Origin: Candidatus Blautia intestinavium
Lineage (GTDB): Bacteria > Bacillota > Clostridia > Lachnospirales > Lachnospiraceae
Assembly: GCA_019113745.1 (NCBI GenBank)
Contig: DXGV01000031.1
Location: forward strand, 5,776 to 69,775
Direction: 5' to 3'
DNA: 64,000 nucleotides
Part shown: one piece after another, positions 8,559 to 18,004 of the stretch
How positions within the stretch are numbered: the first letter of the stretch is position 1
Layout of the letters: every line of letters begins with the position of its first letter
Notes under the pieces: model-generated
What the model saw: the letters and a program-made list of their open reading frames with translations, nothing else
What the model was told of the DNA's origin: nothing
Databases searched by the model: none
Translations under genes and position numbers: made by a program

Positions 8559-11114
8559 TTGTATACAATTACGGTAAACGGCAAAATTTATCAGGAAGAA
8601 CAGGATATGAAGCTGCTCCGTTTTCTCCGCGATAAATGTCACCTGAAATCGGTGAAGGACGGATGCAGTGAGGGAGCGTGCGGTACCTGCCATGTCCTGA
8701 TCGATGGAAAAGCAACGAAAGCATGCGTCCCGAAGCTTTCAAAGCTGGAAGGGAAGCAGATCCTGACCATTGAAGGATTTCCGGAGGAGGAGAAGGAGAT
8801 TTTTGTCCGGGCCTTTGGAGAAGCGGGAGCCGTTCAGTGCGGCTTCTGTATTCCGGGAATGGTGATCAGCGCAAAAGGGCTGATCGACAAAAATCCTGAT
8901 CCCACAAGAGCCGAGGCGGCAGACGCTATCAAAAACAATATCTGCCGCTGTACCGGCTATAAGAAGATCATCGACGGGATTCTTCTGGCGGCAAAATATA
9001 AAAGGGAAGGGCTTCCGCCTGAAAAAGAGTACGAGTGGAAGCTGGGAGACCGGGTTCCAAGGCTGGATGTAAGGGAAAAGGTTCTGGGATACGGAGAATA
9101 TCCTGACGATATGGAAGTAGATGGTATGATCTACGGAAGCGCCGTCCGCTCCAGATATCCGAGAGCCCTTGTAAAAGCCATTCATACAGAAAAAGCAAAA
9201 GCTCTGCCCGGCGTAGTCACGGTGTTTACTGCTGAAGATATCCCGGGAGACGTGAAGGTGGGACATCTGAAACAGGATTGGGACGGTATGATCCCGGTGG
9301 GAAAGATCACCCATTACCTAGGCGACGCCATCGCCCTTGTTGCGGCGGAAACTCCGGAGATCCTGGAAGAAGCCAAAAAACTTGTAGAAGTAGAGTATGA
9401 AGAACTGGAAATGGTGCGGGATCCATGGGAGGCCATGAAAGAAAACGCGCCTAAAGTACACAGCGACGGCAATCTGATGGCGCACTGGCACGTGCACAGA
9501 GGAGACGCCGATGAGGCGATCCGTAATTCCGCTCATGTGCTGACGGAGAAATTCCATACTCCCTGGACGGAACATGCTTTTCTGGAACCGGAGTGCGCGG
9601 TAGCCATGCCGGACGGAGAAGGGGGAGTGATCATCTATTCCGCAGATCAGGGCGTCTATGACACCCAGCATGAATGTATGCTTCTTCTTGGACTTCCGGC
9701 GGAGAAGGTAAAGGTCCGCAACAAGCTGGTAGGCGGAGGCTTCGGAGGGAAAGAGGACGTGACGGTGCAGCATCACGCGGCCATGATCGCTTATCTTACC
9801 GGGCGTCCGGTGAAGGTAAAGCTTACAAGGGCGGAGAGTATCCTGATCCATCCCAAGCGTCATCCCATGGATATGGAATTCACCATGGGCTGTGATGAGA
9901 ACGGAATTATACAGGGGGTCAAAGCTACTGTGATCGCCGATACAGGGGCGTATGCTTCGCTGGGCGGCCCGGTGCTCCAGAGAGCCTGCACCCATGCTTC
10001 CGGTCCCTATAATTATCAGAATTTTGACATTGACGGCAAGGCGTACTATACCAATAATCCTCCGGCGGGAGCTTTCCGCGGATTCGGCGTGACCCAGACC
10101 TGTTTTGCGGTGGAGATGCTTCTCACGAAGATGGCGGGCGTGGTGGGGATCTCTCCCTGGGAGATCCGTTACCGGAACGCTATCCGTCCGGGACAGGAGC
10201 TTCCCAACGGCCAGATCGTGGATGAATCCACAGGCCTTGCGGAGACGCTGGAAGCAGTGAAGGATATCTATGAGAGCAGTCCGTATGCGGGAATCGCATG
10301 CGCCATGAAGAACGCAGGCGTAGGCGTGGGACTCCCCGACTGGGGACGGTGCCGGCTATATGTCCATGACGGCAGAGTGGAGATCCATTCCGGAGCGTCC
10401 TGCATCGGCCAGGGACTGGGCACGGTGCTGGTGCAGATGGTATGTACCCAGCTGGAGCTTAAACGGGAGCAGGTTTATTACGACGCGTCCAATACGTATA
10501 ACGCCCCGGACTCCGGAACCACATCCGGATCCCGCCAGACCCTGATCACAGGAGAGGCGGCCCGCCGCGCCTGCGAAAAACTGAAAAAAGATCTGGAAGG
10601 CAGCAGTCTTACAGAACTGGAGGGCAGGGAATATCTGGGAGAATACCTGGCAAAGACAGACGCCATGGGTTCCGATATTAAGAATCCGGTGTCCCATGTG
10701 GCATATGGCTACGCGACGCAGGTCTGTGTTTTGAATGAAGACGGCACAGTGAAGAAAATAGCGGCGGCCCACGACGTAGGAAAAGCAGTGAATCCTCTTT
10801 CAGTAGAAGGCCAGATCGAAGGCGGCGTGATCATGTCCTACGGCTTTGCGCTGACAGAAAATTATCCCATAAAAGATTGCAAACCTACTGCCAGATATGG
10901 TACACTGGGATTACCAAAAGCGAACAAAATTCCTGAAGTGGAAAGTATTATTGTGGAGAAAGCAGGACTGAATGTAGCCTGTGGAGCAATCGGTATCGGA
11001 GAGATCACCGCCATTCCTACAGCGCCCGCCATTGCCGGGGCGTACTACAAGCTGGACGGCGGGTTCCGAACCTCTCTCCCCCTTGACAATACTCCATATG
11101 AGAAAAAGAAGTAA
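8559..11114 (+). CDS. xdh: Selenium-dependent xanthine dehydrogenase-type molybdoenzyme (fused 2Fe-2S + Mo domains)
   Basis: 'GCSEGACGTC', 'QCGFC', 'CRCTGY' then Mo domain 'GGGFGGK', 'AFRGFG', 'GIGE'; probable TTG start 8559 after AGGAGG (ORF track starts 8469). Confidence 0.88.
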   Translation: MYTITVNGKIYQEEQDMKLLRFLRDKCHLKSVKDGCSEGACGTCHVLIDGKATKACVPKLSKLEGKQILTIEGFPEEEKEIFVRAFGEAGAVQCGFCIPGMVISAKGLIDKNPDPTRAEAADAIKNNICRCTGYKKIIDGILLAAKYKREGLPPEKEYEWKLGDRVPRLDVREKVLGYGEYPDDMEVDGMIYGSAVRSRYPRALVKAIHTEKAKALPGVVTVFTAEDIPGDVKVGHLKQDWDGMIPVGKITHYLGDAIALVAAETPEILEEAKKLVEVEYEELEMVRDPWEAMKENAPKVHSDGNLMAHWHVHRGDADEAIRNSAHVLTEKFHTPWTEHAFLEPECAVAMPDGEGGVIIYSADQGVYDTQHECMLLLGLPAEKVKVRNKLVGGGFGGKEDVTVQHHAAMIAYLTGRPVKVKLTRAESILIHPKRHPMDMEFTMGCDENGIIQGVKATVIADTGAYASLGGPVLQRACTHASGPYNYQNFDIDGKAYYTNNPPAGAFRGFGVTQTCFAVEMLLTKMAGVVGISPWEIRYRNAIRPGQELPNGQIVDESTGLAETLEAVKDIYESSPYAGIACAMKNAGVGVGLPDWGRCRLYVHDGRVEIHSGASCIGQGLGTVLVQMVCTQLELKREQVYYDASNTYNAPDSGTTSGSRQTLITGEAARRACEKLKKDLEGSSLTELEGREYLGEYLAKTDAMGSDIKNPVSHVAYGYATQVCVLNEDGTVKKIAAAHDVGKAVNPLSVEGQIEGGVIMSYGFALTENYPIKDCKPTARYGTLGLPKANKIPEVESIIVEKAGLNVACGAIGIGEITAIPTAPAIAGAYYKLDGGFRTSLPLDNTPYEKKK

Positions 11115-11253
11115 GAACAAGCTGCATTGAAAACAGCTTTGGCAAACAGGCAGAGAAGCCGGATGACAGTCCTGAGGGAAAATGACAATTCCTGCGGACC
11201 CGTCCGGCTTTCTTTGTTCCAGAAAGGCATAACAATGTAAAGAAGGTGAAAAC

Positions 11254-13554
11254 ATGATTGGAAAAAGCGTGCCGAGAGTCGACGCTTACGAAAAAGTGAC
11301 GGGCAGGGCAAAATTTACAGATGATATCGCGCCGAAAAACTGTCTTGTGGCAAAGGTCTACCATGCTACGATCGGAAACGGGATCGTAAAATCTATCGAC
11401 ACCAGCGAGGCGGAGGCGTTAGACGGTGTAGTGAAGGTGGTAACTTTTAAGGACGTTCCGGATCACTGTTATCCTACGCCGGGGCATCCCTGGTCTGTGG
11501 AGCCGGCCCATCAGGATGTGGCGGACAGAAATATTCTTACGGGCCGTATCCGCTATTATGGGGACGATATCGCCGCCGTGGTGGCCCAGGACGAGGTAAC
11601 GGCGTCAAGAGCCCTGAGGCTTATCAAAGTGGAGTACGAGGAGTACCCGGTGGAGATCCATCCCCGGAAATCCATGTACGGGAGCCATCCGCCCATTCAT
11701 TTTGACAAGAAGGATAATGTGCTGAACAGAACGAACTTTTTTATCGGAAATGTGGACGAGGGTCTGGAACAGTCGGATACGGTGGTGAAGCGAAGCTACA
11801 AGACCTCCATGGTACAGCACTGCCATCTGGAGAATCCTGTCTCTTTTGCCTATATGGAGAAAGACCGGATTGTGGTGGTCACATCCACCCAGATCCCGCA
11901 TATTGTCCGCCGTGTGATCGGACAGGCCCTTGGCATCCCCTGGGGCAGAGTGCGCGTGATCAAACCCTACATCGGCGGCGGATTCGGCAACAAGCAGGAC
12001 GTGCTTTACGAACCCCTGAACGCCTTTCTTACCATGCAGGTGGGCGGCCGCCCGGTGAAGCTTGAGCTTACCAGAGAGGAAACTTTCTGCAATACCAGGA
12101 CGAGACACGCTATCGAGTACGACCTTACAGCCGGAGTGGACAAAGAGGGGCGTCTTTTGGCAAAAGATATGATGGCATACTCCAACCAGGGAGCTTACGC
12201 GTCTCATGGACATGCCATCGCCGCCAACGGACTGACGGCATGGCGGCTGCAGTACGCCTGCCCGAACATCCGGGGCGAGGCTTACACAATCTACACCAAC
12301 ACTCCTGTAGGGGGAGCCATGCGCGCGTACGGCATCCCGGAGGCAGCTTTCGCTATTGAATGCTTTATGGACGACATCGCGGCGGAGATACATATGGATC
12401 CTCTGGAATTCCGGAGAAAAAATCTGATAAAGGGCTACTACGAAGACGCTTATCTGAAGCCTATCGCGGCCAACACAAACGGAATTTTTGAATGTCTGGA
12501 AAAAGGCGCGGAATATATCCACTGGGAAGAAAAACGGAAGAAATACGCTTCCCAGACGGGATTTGTGCGAAGAGGGGTGGGAATGTCCCTGTTTTGCTAT
12601 AAAACCGGAGTATGGCCCATATCTCTGGAGATCGCGGGAGCCAGAATGTCCCTGAACCAGGATGGAAGCGTACAGCTCCAGCTTGGAGCGACGGAGATCG
12701 GACAGGGCGCGGATACTGTTTTTACCCAGATGGCGGCGGAGACTCTTCACCTGGAGATGAAAGACATTCATATCGTAACGGTACAGGATACAGACGTAAC
12801 TCCTTTTGACACGGGAGCCTACGCGTCCAGGCAGTCTTTTATCACCGGTACGGCTGTGAAGCAGTGCGCGGAGCAGCTCCGTGACAAAATCTTGGCCTAT
12901 GCGAAGACCCTTCTTCCAGAAGAGGAGACCAGGGAACTCTCTCTGGATCACGGCTGGATCTTCGCGGGAGACGAGGAAGCCATATCTCTGGAAGCGCTGG
13001 CGCAGGAATGCTATTACAGTCTTACTAATTCTTCTGTGATCACAGCGGAAGTATCCACCCAGGTGAAAAAGAATACCATTGCTACCGGATGCTGCTTTGC
13101 CGAGGTGGAGGTGGATCTGAAGCTTGGAACGATCAAAATCCTGGATATTGTCAATGTCCATGACAGCGGGAAGCTTCTGAATCCTCAGCTCGCCGAAATG
13201 CAGGTACACGGCGGCATGTCCATGGGAATGGGGTACGGCCTTTCTGAACAGCTTATCCTGGATGAAAAAACAGGCCGTCCTTTAAACGGAAATCTTCTGG
13301 ACTATAAACTGATGACGGCCCTTGACACGCCTGATATGAAAGCGGAGTTTGTGGAACTTGACGATCCCATGGGGCCTTACGGCAATAAAGCTCTGGGAGA
13401 ACCTCCGGCAATCCCGGGAGCCCCGGCTATCCGCAACGCGGTTCTTCACGCTACGGGAGTGGCTTTTAACGAGATTCCGCTGACGCCTCAGAGACTTATC
13501 GAAGGCTTTACAAAGGCGGGCCTCATCGGAAAGGAGGGAAAGCAGCATGTATGA
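11254..13554 (+). CDS. xdhA: Xanthine dehydrogenase molybdenum-binding subunit
   Basis: 'YPTPGHPW', 'IGGGFGNKQ', 'GAMRAYG', 'KALGEPP'. Confidence 0.92.
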   Translation: MIGKSVPRVDAYEKVTGRAKFTDDIAPKNCLVAKVYHATIGNGIVKSIDTSEAEALDGVVKVVTFKDVPDHCYPTPGHPWSVEPAHQDVADRNILTGRIRYYGDDIAAVVAQDEVTASRALRLIKVEYEEYPVEIHPRKSMYGSHPPIHFDKKDNVLNRTNFFIGNVDEGLEQSDTVVKRSYKTSMVQHCHLENPVSFAYMEKDRIVVVTSTQIPHIVRRVIGQALGIPWGRVRVIKPYIGGGFGNKQDVLYEPLNAFLTMQVGGRPVKLELTREETFCNTRTRHAIEYDLTAGVDKEGRLLAKDMMAYSNQGAYASHGHAIAANGLTAWRLQYACPNIRGEAYTIYTNTPVGGAMRAYGIPEAAFAIECFMDDIAAEIHMDPLEFRRKNLIKGYYEDAYLKPIAANTNGIFECLEKGAEYIHWEEKRKKYASQTGFVRRGVGMSLFCYKTGVWPISLEIAGARMSLNQDGSVQLQLGATEIGQGADTVFTQMAAETLHLEMKDIHIVTVQDTDVTPFDTGAYASRQSFITGTAVKQCAEQLRDKILAYAKTLLPEEETRELSLDHGWIFAGDEEAISLEALAQECYYSLTNSSVITAEVSTQVKKNTIATGCCFAEVEVDLKLGTIKILDIVNVHDSGKLLNPQLAEMQVHGGMSMGMGYGLSEQLILDEKTGRPLNGNLLDYKLMTALDTPDMKAEFVELDDPMGPYGNKALGEPPAIPGAPAIRNAVLHATGVAFNEIPLTPQRLIEGFTKAGLIGKEGKQHV

Positions 13555-14434
13555 TATAGAAGAATATTACAACGCGGATACGATCAAGGAAGCTGTAAGC
13601 CTTCTGAAAGAGCACCCTGAGGCAAGGATCATTTCCGGCGGAAGCGACGTGCTGATAAAGATCCGCGAAGGGAAGCTGGCGGGAACGTCTCTTGTGTGCA
13701 TTCGGAATATCAGGGAACTGAAGGGCGTAAAGAAAATGGACTCCGGCGATATCTACATCGGCGCGGGAACAACATTTTCCCACATCACTTCCGATCCGGT
13801 GATACAGGAAAATATCCCTGTTCTCGGGGAGGCGGTAGACCAGGTAGGCGGCCCTCAGATACGGAATATCGGAACTATCGGAGGAAATATCTGTAACGGG
13901 GCGGTCAGCGCTGACAGCGCGCCGGCACTGTTTTCTCTGAACGCCATGATCAGAACCGCAGACGGGGCAGGCGGAAGAACTGTTCCCATACATGATTTTT
14001 ATCTGGGTCCCGGCAAAGTTGACGTTAAGCCGGGAGAACTGGTGACACATATCCTGATTCCGGAAAAAGAATATACAGGCTATCAGGGCCATTACATCAA
14101 ATATTCCATGCGCAGGGCAATGGATATTGCAACTCTTAGCTGCTGTGTGGTAAGCAGGATCAATCCGTCCACGAATACTCTGGAGGATATCAGGATCACT
14201 TTCGGCGTGGCGGCGCCGGTGCCTCTCCGATGCGTGAACACAGAGGAGGCGTTAAAGGGATCGCCGGTAAATGAGAAGCTGTATCAGGCTATTGAAGATA
14301 AGGTGCGCGAAGAGATCCATCCAAGAGATTCCTGGAGAGCGTCAAGGGAATTCAGACTTCAGATCGGAGGCGAGATCGCCCGGAGAGCTCTTAAGAGGAC
14401 AGTGGAACTGGCGGCAGGAGGTGAGCAGAAATGA
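13547..14434 (+). CDS. xdhB: Xanthine dehydrogenase FAD-binding subunit
   Basis: 'ISGGSDV', 'GGPQIRNIGTIGGN', 'SWRASREFR'. Confidence 0.92.
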   Translation: MYDIEEYYNADTIKEAVSLLKEHPEARIISGGSDVLIKIREGKLAGTSLVCIRNIRELKGVKKMDSGDIYIGAGTTFSHITSDPVIQENIPVLGEAVDQVGGPQIRNIGTIGGNICNGAVSADSAPALFSLNAMIRTADGAGGRTVPIHDFYLGPGKVDVKPGELVTHILIPEKEYTGYQGHYIKYSMRRAMDIATLSCCVVSRINPSTNTLEDIRITFGVAAPVPLRCVNTEEALKGSPVNEKLYQAIEDKVREEIHPRDSWRASREFRLQIGGEIARRALKRTVELAAGGEQK

Positions 14435-14916
14435 AAAGAGAGAGAGTTCTTGTACAGTGTACTGTGAACGGGAAAGAGGTGGCGGAGTATGTGGATCCCG
14501 GAGAATCTCTCCTGGAGATGCTGCGGAACCGGCTGGGCCTTACTTCCGTGAAGAAAGGCTGTGAAGTAGGGGAATGCGGCGCCTGTACCGTGATCATAGA
14601 CGGGGAGACCATTGACTCCTGTATTTATCTGGCAGTCTGGGCGGAAGGAAAACATATCCGTACGCTGGAGGGTCTGGAGAAAAACGGAGAGCTCACCAGG
14701 ATCCAGGAGGCTTTTATTGAAGAAGGAGCCGTACAGTGCGGTTTCTGTACGCCGGGATTTATTATGTCCGCTACCGTTCTTCTGGAACGGGGCGAGGTTT
14801 TGTCCAGAGAGGCCATCAAAAAGCAGATGTCCGGGAACCTCTGCCGCTGCACAGGATACCAGAACATTGTCAACGCGGTGGAAAAAGTGATGAAGGAGAA
14901 CGCGGATCAAAAATGA
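14431..14916 (+). CDS. xdhC: Xanthine dehydrogenase 2Fe-2S subunit
   Basis: 'GCEVGECGACTV', 'QCGFCTPG', 'CRCTGY'. Confidence 0.92.
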   Translation: MKRERVLVQCTVNGKEVAEYVDPGESLLEMLRNRLGLTSVKKGCEVGECGACTVIIDGETIDSCIYLAVWAEGKHIRTLEGLEKNGELTRIQEAFIEEGAVQCGFCTPGFIMSATVLLERGEVLSREAIKKQMSGNLCRCTGYQNIVNAVEKVMKENADQK

Positions 14917-14967
14917 TCCTGAAAAAGCGCAGATGGAAAACGTCAGGTTGGAGGTTGAAAACAGTTT

Positions 14968-15774
14968 ATGTCTGAAGAAAATATAATAGTCGTCCGGGGC
15001 GGCGGTGATCTGGCAAGCGGAGTGATCCACAGGCTGTACCGCTGCGGATATAAGGTGCTTATCCTGGAAAGCGAAAGGCCCAGCGCCATCCGGAGGGAAG
15101 TGTCCTTCTGCGAGGCAGTGTACGACGGGGAGGCTTTCGTGGAAGGCGTTCTCAGCCATAAGATCGAAGACGTCAGCGAATGTGACAGAGTATGGAAACT
15201 GAAGGAGATCCCCCTCCTGGTAGATGAGACAGGAAAATCTATATCCTGCCTGAAACCTGCGGCAGTGATAGACGGGATCCTTGCAAAAAGAAATCTGGGA
15301 ACAAGCGAGGAGATGGCGCCGCTTACTATTGCTCTGGGGCCTGGATTTACTGCAGGAGAAGACGTGGACTATGTGATAGAGACACAGAGAGGGCACGATC
15401 TTGGCAGAATCATCGAGGAGGGGGAAGCCGCTCCCAATACAGGGATTCCCGGCGTGATCGCCGGAGTGGGAAAGGAAAGAGTGATCCACTCCCCGGCGTC
15501 CGGCAGCATCAAAAATCTTGCCGAAATCGCGGATTATGTAGAAAAGGGACAGGTGATCGCCGAAGTAGACGGGGTATCTGTGCCTGCGTCCATCACCGGG
15601 GTGCTGCGGGGAATCATCCGTGACGGCTATATTGTCCATAAAGGAATGAAAATTGCCGACATCGATCCCCGGAAGGAGCAGAAAAAAAACTGCAATACTA
15701 TTTCCGACAAAGCCCGCTGCATAGCGGGAAGCGTGGTGGAGATCCTTCTTTCGGAAGGCGTGCTGCCGGTGTAA
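14968..15774 (+). CDS. yqeB: Selenium-dependent molybdenum cofactor maturation protein YqeB
   Basis: 'VRGGGDLASG', 'AIRREVSF', 'IALGPGF', 'KIADIDPR', 'ISDKARCIAG'. Confidence 0.9.
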   Translation: MSEENIIVVRGGGDLASGVIHRLYRCGYKVLILESERPSAIRREVSFCEAVYDGEAFVEGVLSHKIEDVSECDRVWKLKEIPLLVDETGKSISCLKPAAVIDGILAKRNLGTSEEMAPLTIALGPGFTAGEDVDYVIETQRGHDLGRIIEEGEAAPNTGIPGVIAGVGKERVIHSPASGSIKNLAEIADYVEKGQVIAEVDGVSVPASITGVLRGIIRDGYIVHKGMKIADIDPRKEQKKNCNTISDKARCIAGSVVEILLSEGVLPV

Positions 15775-16031
15775 GCGGCAGACGGGAATGAATATACGTT
15801 CTGTGAGGATGGGGGATGGACAGCGAATGTGTGCTGGGCGTTGACCGGGGAAGAAGGGGGGCACAGGAGACAGGAACTAAAGTTGATTTTGATAAACATG
15901 TCAGGATTTACAGGTGATTTATGTATAGCTAGAATAGGAGATCGGTTCCATGAGAGCGCGGTATAACAATCGAATGTCTGTGGCGGCGCCGACAGAAGAG
16001 AAATGGAGATCGTGCAGATGGGAGAGAGATT

Positions 16032-16802
16032 ATGTCAGATAGTGGTTCAGAGAATACTGCTGTAGCAGGCAACGACAGGTTTTATAAAAAGCTCACGATA
16101 AATATACAGAATGGAAACTGTACGGTGATCGCATTCACAGGCGGCGGCGGAAAAACCAGCCTGATCTTCCGCCTGACAGATGAACTGACAGCGGCGGGCA
16201 AAAAGGTGATCGTTACCACTACCACCCATATGGCGGCCGAGCCGGAGCGTCCTTTTGCGGAAAACGGAAGTACCCGGCAGATTAAAAAAAATCTTGAACA
16301 GTACGGCTATACGCTTGCAGCCTGTGTGGACAAGGAAAGCGGGAAGCTCTGCGGCCTTCCGGAAAATATTCTGGAAAGCCTGACGGACTTCTGCAATGTA
16401 CTGCTTATCGAAGCGGACGGTTCCCGTGGATTCCCTCTGAAGGTACCGGAAGCCTGGGAGCCGGTGATTCCGGAGTTTACAGATATAGTAATAGGAGTGA
16501 TTGGGCTGGATTCTCTTTGGAAACCCATTGGAGAGATTGCTCACCGGAGCGGACAGACAGCGCGTTTCCTGAGGAAAACATTGAGAGATACGGCAACGGC
16601 AGAAGATCTGATAAAGATCACATGTTCCCGGGAAGGTCTGAGAAAAGGTACGGAGAACCGGGCATACAGAGTGTATCTGAATAAAGCGGATGTTTTGGCG
16701 TCCCCGGAGCCTGCAAAGGAAATTTGCCGGAAGCTAAGAGAACACGGAATCCGTGCGGCATATGGAAGCCTGAAAGCCGGAAAAATATGGCATCCTGAAT
16801 GA
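16032..16802 (+). CDS. yqeC: Selenium cofactor biosynthesis protein YqeC
   Basis: 'GGGGKTS', 'VTTTTHM', 'LIEADGSRGFPLKVP..WEPVIP'. Confidence 0.88.
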   Translation: MSDSGSENTAVAGNDRFYKKLTINIQNGNCTVIAFTGGGGKTSLIFRLTDELTAAGKKVIVTTTTHMAAEPERPFAENGSTRQIKKNLEQYGYTLAACVDKESGKLCGLPENILESLTDFCNVLLIEADGSRGFPLKVPEAWEPVIPEFTDIVIGVIGLDSLWKPIGEIAHRSGQTARFLRKTLRDTATAEDLIKITCSREGLRKGTENRAYRVYLNKADVLASPEPAKEICRKLREHGIRAAYGSLKAGKIWHPE

Positions 16803-16900
16803 AAGATAAATAAGATATCGGATTGTGGGAAAGACCGTAAAGACATGTCCGGCGGGAAACAAAGAGCAATTATAAAACTATCAGAAATAAGAGGTTAAAA

Positions 16901-17518
16901 GTGAAAATCGGTATGATACTCCTGGCGGCTGGATACAGCCGCCGGTTTGGTTCAAATAAATTATTATATAAGATAGAGGGGAAGTCTATGTACCTTTGCT
17001 CGCTGGAGAGACTACTGGAAGTGCAACGGAAAATGAAGAAGGTATATCTCGGCCCGAAGGAAAAAGCAACTGGTATAGATGATAAAGAAAAAATCATAGT
17101 CGCTGCTGCGGTGGTTACACAATATGAAGAAATTCAAAAAAACGCAGAAAGCATGGGCGTTCAGGTTATCTTGAATCCTCATCCGGCTGAAGGAATCGCC
17201 TCATCCATGAAACTGGGACTTGCTGAGTTTTCAGATACAGACGCCTGCCTTTTTTCAGTGGCCGATCAGCCCTGGCTGAAAGCGGAAACTGTAATAAAAC
17301 TTGTGAAACTTTTTCTTGATTCAGGGAAAGGAATTGCCTGTCTTTCAGAAAATGGAGTTCCCGGAAACCCCTGTATTTTCAGCAGAAAATATTATCCTGA
17401 GCTTATGGAGCTTACCGGCGACAGAGGTGGAAAACGCGTGCTGAATAAACACCTGGAAGATACGGCATTTCTCGAGGCAGAGAATAGCCGGGAACTGAGG
17501 GATTTGGACTGTTTCTGA
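16901..17518 (+). CDS. mocA: Molybdenum cofactor cytidylyltransferase-like nucleotidyltransferase (MocA/YgfJ)
   Basis: 'LLAAGYSRRFGSNKL', 'ADQP', 'GNPCIF', 'LTGDRGGK'. Confidence 0.8.
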   Translation: MKIGMILLAAGYSRRFGSNKLLYKIEGKSMYLCSLERLLEVQRKMKKVYLGPKEKATGIDDKEKIIVAAAVVTQYEEIQKNAESMGVQVILNPHPAEGIASSMKLGLAEFSDTDACLFSVADQPWLKAETVIKLVKLFLDSGKGIACLSENGVPGNPCIFSRKYYPELMELTGDRGGKRVLNKHLEDTAFLEAENSRELRDLDCF

Positions 17519-18004
17519 TCCGAAGAGATAGTCGATACATATGTGTAAGAGCAGTTTGTGTCAGAAACACAGAAAAATTAAATTTTGTTGGCAAATTTCT
17601 GCTTTTTTTCTTCATTAAAACCTTCCTTTTGCCGGGATTTTGCGAGCTAATAAAGTTAGCCCCCATTTTTTCTTCGCAGGCCCAAAAGAAGGGAGGTTTT
17701 TTCGGCAAAAACAAAAGATAAAATTACGTGGAAAGAAATGAGGAAACACCTGCCCCAGTTTAACCTTGCCTGTGAATTGATTAAAATTATCCGTCACTTT
17801 TTCACAGAATTTATATAAACGAAATATATTTTACTCGTCAGAGCTGCCTTATACCTTATACCATTGTTCCTTGTCAATAGAAAACGCCTATGATAATATA
17901 TTATAAAAGTGAATAATATAAACGAAGTTTATTTTAATTAATATATAATTGCCTTCCGTGGAGTATGTGGCTTTAGTTATGGCATGGAAAGGGGTGGGAG
18001 AATA

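Noticed and set aside
7224-15864. Long antisense ORFs (e.g. 7224-8693, 11605-13209, 14359-15864) and similar ones throughout the window
   Set aside because: Shadow frames opposite well-supported genes, with no recognisable motifs.
4118-17518. Selenocysteine (in-frame TGA) recoding in the selenium-related genes
   Set aside because: All ORFs are full length without readthrough; these enzymes are known to use a labile Se cofactor via YqeB/YqeC.
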